DNA of 64,000 bases from positions 119,907,731-119,971,730 of the forward strand of contig NC_083404.1 of the NCBI RefSeq assembly GCF_020745735.1. Reading direction: 5' to 3'. Position 1 is the stretch's first letter. Every line of letters starts with the position of its first letter. Source of the stretch: Hemiscyllium ocellatum. Its lineage: Eukaryota. A model generated the notes under the pieces. That model ran no database searches, was not told the origin of the DNA, and saw only the letters and a program-made list of their open reading frames with translations. This document shows, piece by piece, positions 51,514 to 62,955 of this stretch. Both the position numbers and the translations under genes were made by a program.

Positions 51514-51849
51514 CCATGATAATGACACTAAGATTTCTGCAGCAGGGTAATGGACTGTGTTTATTATTTGTTTGGCTTACTCTTACCCTTTTAAAAAATA
51601 TGTTTTTAATCAACCTGTACAGACACATTATGACATAGTTGCATGGCAGGTAGAACTTGAACTTTCTGGCTCTGAAGTAGGAGCACTCCCAATATGTCAC
51701 ATGCTCATTACTTGTCCTGTGACATTAATACTATAACACCAGCCTGCAAACTTTTCCCATTTAATGTCAACAATATTTTGCACAGCGCCTTGCCTGAACT
51801 CTAAGATTGAGACTTTGCAGAATATGAGTAAACAGTGTGACTTCTGTTT

Positions 51850-52065
51850 CAGCGGCTGAAACTCTAAACTCTGGAGTTTTCTCCCTAAATCTCTCCTTTC
51901 TATCTCTCTTCCCTCCTTTATAATGTTCCTTAAAACCTATCTCTTTCATCAAATATCGACCCGAGCCTTTCCTCACATGACTGGGTATCAAAGTTTGTTT
52001 GTAGTATTCTTGTGAATCGCCTTTGCAAATTTTGTTATTTCAAATACAAATTGTACTGTTGATGA
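51850..52065 (+). mobile_element. L2-type LINE/SINE 3' tail
   Basis: ctctggagttttctccctaaa..ccttaaaacctatctcttt..tgtgaatcgcctt..tacaaattgt. Confidence 0.55.
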
Positions 52066-52239
52066 TATAACAACGTAATTTTCATTGTAACTTTGTTGTA
52101 AGCTTAGGAAATTCACAGCTCTCAGTTTATGTGCATAGAGAGCCATTTAATGAGCTGCAAAGTGATTTTGCCAAGTTGATAGTGGATGGGAGCACCTCAG
52201 ACAGCAATGTTTTGATTTAAAACATCTAAAGCATTAACA

Positions 52240-52495
52240 CAAGCTACAAACATCCAAAACTGAGCCCTTCGGAACAACACCATTGGAAATTGCTTTCCAC
52301 TTGCAAAAGTATCTGTCAACCATTATCCTTTGTTCCCTGACACTGAGCCAACTCTCTACACCCCCATGTATCTTATAGGCTTTAATTTTTCTTAGTCGTC
52401 TGTTGCATGGAACCTTGTCAAATGCAGTTACCAAATCCACAGAGACAATATTCACTGAACGAGCCTCATCAATCCTCCTTGTTACTTCCTCAAAA
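52240..52495 (-). mobile_element. CR1 RT fragment
   Basis: VDLVTAFDKVP..SWLSVREQRIMVD..VPKGSVL. Confidence 0.8.
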
Positions 52496-52689
52496 AGTTA
52501 AATTAACCTTGTGACACCTGACTTTTACTCAGACTGCCTTTCAATTTGCCATTTTTTACAATTTGTAGTTGAACTCCATCATAGTGCAACTTAAATCAAT
52601 GCCCCCAGTGTGTTGGCCTGAGCCTTTAGTTCAGTGTCTACATTTTCATTGTACTCTTTTATCGAACTGTGAAATTACAAGGGAATCAT

Positions 52690-53146
52690 TTCAAGAATGC
52701 CTCATCTTCTGTCTCGGAACACTTCAACCCCAGGGCATCAATGTGGACTTCACCAGTTTCCTTATTTTCCCTCCCCTAACTTTACCCCAGTTCCAACCAT
52801 CATGACCAATCAGCACCATCTTCATGACCTGTCCTACCTGTCAATCTTCCTTCCCACCAATTTTCTCCACCCTCCTCTCCGACCTTTCATCTTCATCCCC
52901 ACCTCCATCTACCTATTGCATTCATAGCTACCTTCTCCCCAGCCAACCCCACCCCCCCCCCTACCCCCCATCACCACTATTTATCTCTCAACCCCAGAGG
53001 CTCCCTGTCTCATTCCTGATGAAGGGCTTTTGCCCGATACGTTGATTTTCCTGCTCCTCAGATGTTGCCCCACCTGTTGCGCTTTTCCAGCACCACTCTA
53101 ATCTTGACTCTGATCTCCAGCATCTGCAGTCCTCACTTTCACTTTC
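52690..53146 (+). mobile_element. PLE family A 3' fragment
   Basis: ECLIFCLGTLQPQGINVDFTSF, C-rich UTR, cctgatgaagggcttttgcccgatacgttg and terminal repeat. Confidence 0.9.
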
Positions 53147-54764
53147 TGGATAGAATCAAGCCAACACTTTTAGCAAGACTAATGCAAGTTGCGATCTAAC
53201 TAGCTTCAAAGATAATTTGCTTAGGCATTTTCATTCTCCTGGATTTCTGAAATGAGTGTTCCTTGAGTCAATTCTAACCCATATTTCCAAAGTTCATCCA
53301 TTAATATGACATTTGGCTCTAAACAGATCAGTTGGACTCTTTCAAAAAGTTAAATTACCCTGTTCTTTCACAGGAGTCATTTATATATTCTAGAACTATA
53401 AAACCAATCAATTTTATCACACAGAAACCTGGTTTGTTTGCACATTTGCATTGTGAGGAGACAATAGGAAAAGGTAATAGGAAATTATACATGACTTTTG
53501 CTATGTGCAGAAAAGAATATCCCAAAAATATAATTGTATTTATTTTATATTAATATTAAAATACTATATTAAAATTTGACATAAAGTCATATCGTTTATA
53601 CATAGTAAAATTATTACAATGTTATCGGTGAACAAGATTTCAGGGAATGTCCTGCCTGTGTCAGATTGACTTAACCAATGATCAAAAAGGAAGGACAATA
53701 AGGAGACAATAGGGAAGGCAATATTATTTGTGTTTTTAAGTGAAATCATCACAGGATGCCAGATGGCAATATGTTGAGAAACTGTAAAACCAAGTTATGG
53801 AACAACAGACGTTTGAGTACTTTGAATACACTGTAGGCTTTGCATAGCTGAGTGAAACTCTTAGATTGACTGAAACCTGCACACTTTCATTTTCTCAAAT
53901 AAAATATTTACTTGTTCGAACCCTGCGAACACGAGAGTGATCTTTTCGCCACAATTGTGCACAAATCATTGTCTTACAGAAGTATAGAAACTACACCAAT
54001 TTTCTGGAGAAGGTTACCTCTGCAATCCCTCAAACATAAATTCCATAAACGCTGCACAGCATGTCCACTTTTATAAAGTACTGTGACACATCAATTTGGT
54101 TATTGTTTTCCTCACAGAAGAAATTTGCAATCAATAGACACCACATGCAGAGACTGGAGATGCAAAAAGATGGACATCACAAAAGCTCTTTTGGTCAGGA
54201 GAGTGTTCATTGCCTTTGGGATGTTGATGTTGATAGAGTTGACAATGCTGGCTGCTTAAGAAATGATAATGCACAGATGTTCTTTGTGCCAGTGGCTTGC
54301 ACTTCACTCAGCTTTATTGAAGTATTTCTCAGCTATTGTAATACCTTTCTGGGCTGCTCGAAGATGTAAAACAATCTACTTCAGTGCATCATCTGTCATT
54401 TTCAATTTCAACAACAAAGCTCCAAGCTCAAGGGGAAGTAAAGGAAAGACCTTGTCTCCGACTTCAGCAACTCATATGTCAACGTCCAGTTTGGAACACA
54501 GCAGCTCAAAAACAGAGAGCTGTACTGAATTCAAGCAGATATCAGGGTGAGTCTCACACAGTTGGGTGAAGATGTGGAGGCTAAAGAAGTGGTAAATGAT
54601 ATTGCTCACAGGTTCCTGTGGGAGTGCAGGGCCAAGCAGCTTTATGATATATTTCCAAATGGGAACACAAATAACATTGATGACCTGTGACAACTGAAAA
54701 AAAAAGACTTTTGCCTTAATGCACATATTTGTTCTTCCTTTGACACCAATAAAAGGAAATGGTT

Positions 54765-55570
54765 GTGATGGCATCATCAGAACATCACAGTACTAATAAC
54801 CAAGAATAGCAAGGCTGATTTGTAAGCACATGGGTTCAAATCCTGCCACAATGAAATTTAAATTTAATAACAAGCAAAAATTAAAAGCAAGTCCAAGAAC
54901 AATTGTCATTAAAATAATCATCTGGTTCAGTACTGCCCTTTAGGATGGAAATCTGTCATCCTGGTCTGGTTTGACCATTCATGTGACACCAGACTCACAG
55001 CATTCGGGAATTAGCACTGGTCAATTAAGGCTAACTTAGCTTCTTCAGCCTCAGAACACTTCAATCCCACGGCATCAATGTGGATTTCACCAGTTTCCTC
55101 ATTTTCCCTCCCCCCACCTCACCCCAGCTTCAACCTTCCAGCTCAGCACCATCCCCATGACCTGTCCTACCGTCAATCTTCCTTTCCACCTATCCACTCC
55201 ACCCTCCTGTCTGACCTATCACCTTCATCCCAACCCCCAGTCATCCATTGTACTCTTTGCTACCTTCCTCCACCCTCCTGTCTGACCTATCACCTCCATC
55301 CCCACCCCTACTCACCTATTGTACTCTATGCTACTTTCTCCCCACCACCACCCCCCTCTCATTTATCTCTCTACTCTGCAGGCACCCACCCTCTATTCCT
55401 GATGAAGGGGTTTTGCCCGAAATGTTGATTTTCCTGCTCCTCAGATGCTGACTGACCTGCTGTGTTTTTCCAGCACCACTCTAATCTAGACTCTGATTTC
55501 CAGCATCTGCAGTCCTTGTTTTTACCTAACCTAGCTTAGTGACAGCCTCATCCTGTGAATGAATTATAGA
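54765..55570 (+). mobile_element. SINE-B interrupted near its tail by a PLE insertion
   Basis: gggttcaaatcc, catctggttcagtactgccctttaggatggaaatctg; tail resumes at ~55528. Confidence 0.65.
55043..55527 (+). mobile_element. PLE family A 3' fragment with internal tandem duplication
   Basis: TLQSHGINVDFTSF, duplicated ctccaccctcctgtctgacctatcacc and cctgatgaaggggttttgcccgaaatg. TSD ctaacttagctt / ctaacctagctt. Confidence 0.9.
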
Positions 55571-56784
55571 AATTATATATAGAAATATATATAAAATTAT
55601 ATATTCCTCAAATCTACGAAATGCAATAGGTAATTATGGAACAGTATTGGTTTTGACAATAAGTACTGCTGCTGCTCAAAAATTCACCAATGCCGTGACT
55701 AAAATTCCTAGGTGTCTAAAATCCAGAGCACAATGAAGTCTGTCTATCTTCGGAAGTACTGTATCTGCTATTCTCAGGAGCAAAAGTGAGCAAATTGTAG
55801 CATAAACTCCATTAATGACACCTTACTAATTTACTGCACATTCGGGTAGCATTAATAGGTACAGCAAAGCATAGAGGTAATTAACTCCATTAGCGTCAAT
55901 TTGTACTGCATTATGGACACTTTGTGCTGTGGTAAGATGTATACTTGGAATTGTGTTGAAGCTGTCAAGTCCTATTATACTGTGCACCCTTTACGTGACT
56001 TCCATTGTACTGGTGTAGGTGGATTTGAGTTCCAGAGATGCACAAAGAGTCTGCTAACCCTCATTAACTACTACGCTCCTTGTTCTAATATTAGTTATCC
56101 ACTTAATAATAGACTTGTTGCAACATATAGTAAAAAACAAAAGTTGCCTGATGAATCAGTGCATCTTGTTAGATTTAAATGTAAATCAAATTCTACTTGC
56201 AGTCATAAAATACATTTTATACATTTACTACAAGCTATGGCAATAATTTGATGGTATCTGTCCATATACTTTGTAACCTGACCATTTTACAATGTAAATG
56301 ATCAAATGGCAAAATACTGCAGATGCTGAAAGTCTGAAATGCAAACAGAGAATGCTGGAAATATTCAGCAGGTCATATAACATTTTACAAATGGAAAGTT
56401 AATCACTTGACTTCTACAGACAGCCAAGATTTGTGGGAGGGGGTGATTTTTGAGTTGGTTCATTCACCTGAATTTGGAGGGACCACCTCAGTAATGTTTA
56501 CATGCAAGAGCCAATTAAAAATTGTCAGATAGTAGAGTCAGTAGGTTAAGAGTAGTGGCTGGGTTATAGTGCTGGCCGCAAACTGTGAGGTGCCCTTTAT
56601 ACTCATGCAGGTTTAAGACACAAAAGAAGACAAATTCATATTAGTGGATGCAGTGGAGGAATGACTTCATTTAAAGGACATGACGATTAATCCCTGAGTC
56701 AGTGACACTGCCTTGAAGGTATTCCTGCAGACTGTAAGATGAAGGCAAGATGTCCTGTTTACAGCAGACAGGAAGAAGAGATCT

Positions 56785-56918
56785 AGGAGAAAGTGAGGAC
56801 TGCAGATGCTGGAGATCAGAGCTGAAAATGTGTTGCTGAAAAAGCACAGCAGGTCAGGCAGCATCCAAGGAGCAGGAGAGTCGACGTTTCGGGCATGAGC
56901 CCTTCTTCAGGAATTCTT
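56785..56918 (-). mobile_element. Young PLE family A terminal repeat
   Basis: aggagaaagtgaggactgcagatgctggagatcagag..cccttcttcaggaattc. TSD caggaagaagagatct (56769-56784) / caggaggaagagatct (56919-56934). Confidence 0.9.
56881..56912 (-). ncRNA. Minimal hammerhead ribozyme motif
   Basis: Minus strand UC-CUGAAGA-A-GGGC-UCAU-GCCC-GAAA-CG-UC-GA, with palindromic ACGU and a GUC cleavage triplet. Confidence 0.7.
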
Positions 56919-57329
56919 CAGGAGGAAGAGATCTGCAAGCTAAATGAAGAAAACTTATCTGGAGGCATCAGACACATTTAACAGGAGAAAGTGAGGGCTG
57001 TAAATGCTGGAGATCAGAGGGGTGCCTGCACAAAACTCAATCCTGTGCAGGATGAGGTTTGAATTAACTGACTTTGTCCAGAAGGATAAGTGGCAACTAG
57101 AGTTGCAAATTGGAAGTCCACCATGAAGCAAACGGCATCCCTGAAATACGAAAACTGGTGGTAAACATGGGGAAACACCAGATGTCAGGATCCAAATTGA
57201 GGCACCCAGTTAATTTGCACCCAAGCTCCAAGTTCTGTAATGAGGTGAATGCTGCGCTTGGATGGATAAATGATCTCATTACTATGTTATCCCAGTGCCA
57301 CGATGTTTCATATTTACATTGCTTCAGAT

Positions 57330-57690
57330 GGGGAGGCGATAAACTGGTGTGATTATCACTGGACTGTTATTCCAGAGAGTCAGGTAATATTCTATGGACC
57401 AGAGTCTGAATCTCATCATGGTAGTTGATTGAATTTGAACTCCATAAGAATATGGAATTAAGAGGATAATGATGACTGTGAATTCATTGTCAATTGTTAG
57501 GAAAATCCCATCTGATTCAGTAAATGTCCTTTCAGCAGGAAACTGCTATCCTTACCTGGCCTGGCCTACATGTGACTCCAGACCAACAGCAATGTGGTTA
57601 ACTCTTAACTGCCTTCTGGGTAATTAGGAATGGAGAAATAAATGTTGGCCGAGCCAGCGATGCTCTCATTCCAGGATAAGTATTGAAAAA
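57330..57690 (+). mobile_element. tRNA-derived SINE-B
   Basis: ttatcactggact..gaatttgaactc..ccttacctggcctggcctacatgtgactccagacc..aataaatgttggcc. Confidence 0.8.
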
Positions 57691-57902
57691 TAAAGATGAG
57701 CCATCATGTTATCAGATGAATCCCCTTCCCACTGTTAATCATGTTGTATGAGCTCATGAGTTACTGCCCATCTTTCCTTCTTTCATCTGTTTCCTAACCG
57801 ACATCTAAGGATCTTGATGTCATGTGGAGAGAAACACCACCGAGTAACCTGACGAGAAGGGAGTCTTGATTGAAACAACGTGTAGCCTTGTCTTAGCAAT
57901 TC

Positions 57903-58232
57903 GTAGAATCACTACAGTGTGGAAACAGGCTCTTCAGCCTGACAAGTCCACACCGACCCTCCGAAGAGTAACCCACCCAGACCCATTCCCCTACCCCTGA
58001 CTAATGCCCCTAACCTACATATCCATGAACACTTTGGTCAATTTAACCCGGCCAATTCACCTAATATTCACATCTTCGGATTGTGCGAGGAAACCAGAGC
58101 ACCCAGAAGGAACTCACGCAGACACGGGAGATTGTGCAAACTACACAGAGACAGTCACCTGAGGCTGGAATCCAACCCAGGACCCTGGCGCTATGAGGCA
58201 ACTGTGCGAGCCACTGAGTCACTATGCTGCCA
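57903..58232 (-). mobile_element. V-SINE (HE1-like)
   Basis: acagtgtggaaacaggc..gaggaaaccagagcacccag..gcagacacgggaga..ccactgagtcac. Confidence 0.9.
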
Positions 58233-59214
58233 CTAATATAAATCCCAAGAGTGACTGAATTCTATTTCATGATTTTCCATGGAATTTAACATTGATAAAA
58301 TTGCGGTTTAGTAAGCTAACCACTAGGTGACTGCGCCTTTCATGTTGAACTGTATCTTATCCTGTCCTTATTTGGTGCCCATGCTCATGCTCTCAATGAA
58401 GAGAAAGAAAAAGTAAAACACAACTTCCATTTTTGTAGAGCCATTCATAACCTTGGTCCCCACAAAGGCATATTACTGCTATTGATCTACTTCGGATATG
58501 CAGTCACAATTGTGTTGTGGATGACTGAATGGTAATCAGGAGCTGGAATCTCACTGATTTTGTTTTCTAGTCCTTGGGGCTGATTGCAGTGCCTGTACCA
58601 TTGAGATCAGCTAATGTGTCACTCAACAGAGAACACGTACTTCGTGATTCAACTTCACGTCAGACAATTTATTCAGTGATAGATGACACTTGGGTAATTT
58701 GATGAATGCTTGCATTTATATTTCTTCCTTGAACTTCATTTTGGCCTCTTCTTTTCAGATGCAAATTTCTTCTGACAGATGACAAAATAGAAAATATCAT
58801 CAATGAACTACGCAGGTGACTCACTAACAAGGTAACTCACTATCCTACAGTGACATATCATACTCACTATTTATATCAAAAAGATTGTTATTCTATTCTT
58901 AAATGGAAGCAAGATGCGGCACTTGCTGGAAATAGGAAATAGAAAGCAGAAAGTGCTGCAAATGCTCAATTGCTCTGGGAATATCTCTGCAAAAGGGACC
59001 AGAGTTAATGGGATGAAATTTTGCAGCCCTTGAACAACATAGACAATGTCAGTCAATTGAGACAACATGGTGAGATCAGAAAAATAAAATTCTCAACATG
59101 AGGAAAGCATTGTCAGATTTAAACAAGTTTTAAATGACAAGATGAGAACTGAGAGCCTATTTCCATGCATTTGCATGCCATTCATATCTAATCTTACCTC
59201 CCATAAGGTGGGAC

Positions 59215-59400
59215 AAGCTGCTTAGAAAATAGAAGCTGAAGAGGACACCTGATAGAAGGTTTCAAAATCATCAAGGGCCTAGATAGAGCAACTAGATCGA
59301 GAAATTGTTCCCATTCTAAAAAGATCAAGAAAGAGAGGGCACAGTTTAAAATGGGTTGCAAAAGAAGCAAATGTAACGTGAGAAAACTCTTTTTGCATGG
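59215..59400 (+). mobile_element. CR1 3' fragment
   Basis: RS*RGHLIEGFKIIKGLDR-type remnant. Confidence 0.65.
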
Positions 59401-59669
59401 CAAAGACTTACAAAGCAAGTACAGAAGTAAACTACTCACTCCTCAAGCCTGCTTTGCCAATCAATAAGGTCATGACTGATCTGATTAGTCTACATTCACA
59501 ACTACCTCCAATCACCTTTCATCAGCTTGTCTATTTAAGAGACTATCCCCAACTCTGGCTCAAAGCTGACCAAATCAGAAGGGGATGATCTCTTCCCTAG
59601 CTATGCATTTGATGCTGCACTATTCAATTGTGGAATCAGAGCTAACTGTCAATGTTTTGTTTTGCCTCT

Positions 59670-61850
59670 CAAGAAATTGAATCTCTTGTCAAGAGGAAGA
59701 AGGAGGCTCATGTAAAGATGAGATATTAAGGCTCGGTTAGGGCACTTGAGAGTTACAAGTTATCAAAAAGGACCTAAAGAGAGTCCTAAGAAGAGCCAGG
59801 AGGGAATATGAGATGTCTTTGGCAGGTAGGTTCAAGGAAAACCCGAAAGCTTTCTAATGGGTATGTCAGAAATAAAAGAGTGACTAGAGTAAGATTAGGG
59901 CCAGTCAAGGACAGTAGTGGGAAGTTGTGTGAAGAGATAGGAAAGGCACTAAATGAATATTTTTCATCAGTATTAACATAGGAAAATGACAATGTTGTCG
60001 AGGGGAGTACTGAAATACAGGCTATTAGAGTGGATGCGATTAATAGATGGGACATATCCTTGGATTCTCTGGGAAGCTAGAGAGAAGACTGTAGAGAATT
60101 TGGCTTTGACTTTTATGTCATCATTGCATACAGGAATAGTGCCAAAAGACTGGAGGACAGCAAATGTTGTTCCCTTGTTCAAGGAGAGTAGAGACAACTC
60201 TGGTAATTATAGGCCAGTGAGCTTAACGTCGGTTTTGGATAAAATGTTAGAAAAGATTGTCATCTAGAAAGGAATAATTTGATTAGGGATAGTCAACGTG
60301 GTTTTGTGAAGGGTAGATTGTGACTCACGAACCTTATTGCGTTCTTTGAGAAGGTGATCAAACAGGTGGATGAGGATAAGGCAGTTGATGTGGTGTATAT
60401 GGATTTCATTAAAGTTTTACATAAAGTTCCCCATGGTAGGCTATTGCAGAAAATACTTAGGCATGGGTTTGAGGGTGATTTAGTAGTTTGGATCAGAAAT
60501 TAACTAGTTGTAAGATGACAGAGGGTGATAGTTGATGTGAAATGTTCATCCTGGAGTTCAGTTACTGGTGGTGTACTGCAAGAATCTGTTTTGGGGCCAC
60601 TGCTGTTTGTCATTCGCATAATGACCTGGATGAGGGCATAGTCAAAGAATGTGGTGCTGGAAAAGCACAGCCGGTCAGGAAGCATCCGAGGAGCAGGAGA
60701 ATCAATGTTTCAAGCATAAGCCCTTCATCAGGAATGAGCTGCAGTTTCAAACCAGCTACAACACACTTTTATTCAGACAAGGGAACGATATTCTGCGCTC
60801 ATTCTGATGAAGGGCTTATGCTTGAAACATTGACTCTTCTGCTCCTCAGATGCTGCCTGCTTGGTGTGCTTTTCAAGCACCACATTCTTTGACTCTGATC
60901 TCCAGTGTCTACAATCCTTACTTTCTTCTAGATGAGGGCGTAGAAGGATGGGTTAGTAAATTTGCAGATGACACTCAAGTAGGTGGAGTCATGGACAATG
61001 TGGAAGGATGTTGCAGGTTACAGAGGGACATTGATAAGCTGCAGAGCCTGGGCTGAGAGGTGGCAAATGGAGTTTAATGTGAAAAAGTCTGAGGTGATTC
61101 ACTTTAGAAGGATCAACAGGAATACAGTGTACTGGGCTAATGGTAAGATTCTTGGTAGTATGGATGAGCCGAGAGATTTTGGTGACCATGTGCACAGATT
61201 CCTGAAAATTGCCACCCAGGCTGATAGGGTTGTTAAGAAGGGGAACTTTGTGTTAGCTTTTATTGGTAAAGGAATTGAGTTTCGGACTTATGAAGTTGTG
61301 TTGCAGCTATACAAAACTCAAATGCAGCTGCACTTGTAGTATTGCGTAAAATTCTGGTTGCTGCATGACAAGAAGGATGTGAAAGCAATGGAAAGGGTGC
61401 AGAGGAGATTTACCAGGATGTTGCCTAGTATGGAAGGAACGTCTTGTGAGGAAAGGCTGAGGGACTCAAGGCTGTTTTTGTTGAACAGAAGAAGGTTGAG
61501 AGGTGACTTAATAGAGATACACAAGATGATCAGAGGATTAGATAGAATGGCTAGTGAGAGCCTTTCCCTTGGATGGTGAGAGGTAGCATAAGGGACATTG
61601 CTTTAAATTGAGGGGTGATAGATCGAGGACAGATGTCAGAGGTAAGTCCTTTACTCAGAGAGTAGTAAGGGTGTTAAATGCCCTGCCTGCAACAGCAGTA
61701 AGACTCACATATTTTAAGAGCATTTAAATGATCATTGGATAAATATATATAGGTTTTTGGGCTTCAGATTAGTTTCAGATTAGGTTGGTGCAACATCGAG
61801 GGCCAAAGGGCCTGTCCTGTGCTGTAATATTCTATGTTCTATATTCTATG
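59670..61850 (+). mobile_element. Decayed CR1 ORF2 and 3' end
   Basis: GIVPKDWRTANVVPLFK..GNYRPVSLTSV, WVSKFADDTQVG and MERVQRRFTRMLP, with a (ttctatg)n tail. Confidence 0.92.
60642..60929. mobile_element. Palindromic PLE family A mini-element with a foreign spacer
   Basis: Inverted arms each contain ctgatgaagggcttatgcttgaaacattga. TSD gatgagggcatag (60629-60641) / gatgagggcgtag (60931-60943). Confidence 0.9.
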
Positions 61851-62839
61851 ATCAGTGACACCCATATCCCATGAATGAATAACAAATATAATATCTGCAG
61901 ATGAAGTTTCCAAGGGATTAATTACCCATTGATCTACTCTATACCACTCTTCAGAATGGTCTCTCCTCTATACACTTTTAAAATCTACATTGTAGGGTCA
62001 ATTTTAACTTATGGTGGAATCAGGTGGTCGAGGGCTATCAGCATGAGCATTGAGGTCCAGGATATTATCGCTGTTAGGTCCAAGGCTTTTTGATCACTCT
62101 GATACTGTTAATATTTTGAAGGTTGCGAATGACTCTGTTCATCTACAGAATTGAACAGGATAGCAACTTCCAGCATCAATTTCAGTCATAAATCCCAAAG
62201 TAGAACCAGCGCATCAGTGAACAATTTTTGTTGTATCCCATGCTTATTTCTTCTTACAGAATTATGTGGAAGTTTTGATGTCAACAGAGTATGTTGCTGT
62301 GTTGTGGTCAATTTTTCTGATACCCAGCGAAGGATGCTAAATATTCTCAATCCTCATCCCCACACTCCTACCTGGGACAATGCAGCTCATCCTTCACTCC
62401 CAAGACTGACACTCATCACCCAAACCTCAAAACCAAAGCCACCCTCCGCTACCCCTACTGAATCTGATTTCTCCTACTAACCCTGAACTGCCCTATACTT
62501 GGCATCACTTTCATGGCCCTCTTGTATCTGAGCATTGTATCCACTTGGCATCCCATCTTTGACATCCTCCAGCTATATATTGGCATTCTACCCCCAGCAA
62601 CCTATTCTCTATTCACTGAATATCCAATCCACCTGGCAATCTACCTCATACCCACTTGACATCCTTTCCAGCAGTCAACCCATACTCAGTATGCTATTTG
62701 CATCACACTCTGGCGCCATACTCAGCTGGCACCCTACGATTATACTTATCATTTGACAACAATTGTCAAAGTGACTGTCTGAGATTCTAGACCTTTACAT
62801 TTCACAACATGGCAGCTGACTTCTGTGTGAAGGGCACAT

Positions 62840-62955
62840 GGTTGACATTTGAGGCATAAGCCCTTCATTAGGCTTATGCCCGAAATGTTGACGCTCCTGC
62901 TCCTCGGATGCTGCCTGAACTGCTGTGCTTTTCCAGCACCAAAATGTTTGACTTT
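62840..62955 (+). mobile_element. PLE family A terminal repeat with fold-back at the hammerhead
   Basis: ttgacatttgaggcataagcccttcatta | ggcttatgcccgaaatgttgac..ctgctcctcggatgctgcctg. Confidence 0.8.

Noticed and set aside
54280-54520. Bornavirus nucleoprotein-like similarity (VFPLL..LGAL..SASHW)
   Set aside because: Motif spacing does not fit and the match is too short to support without a search.
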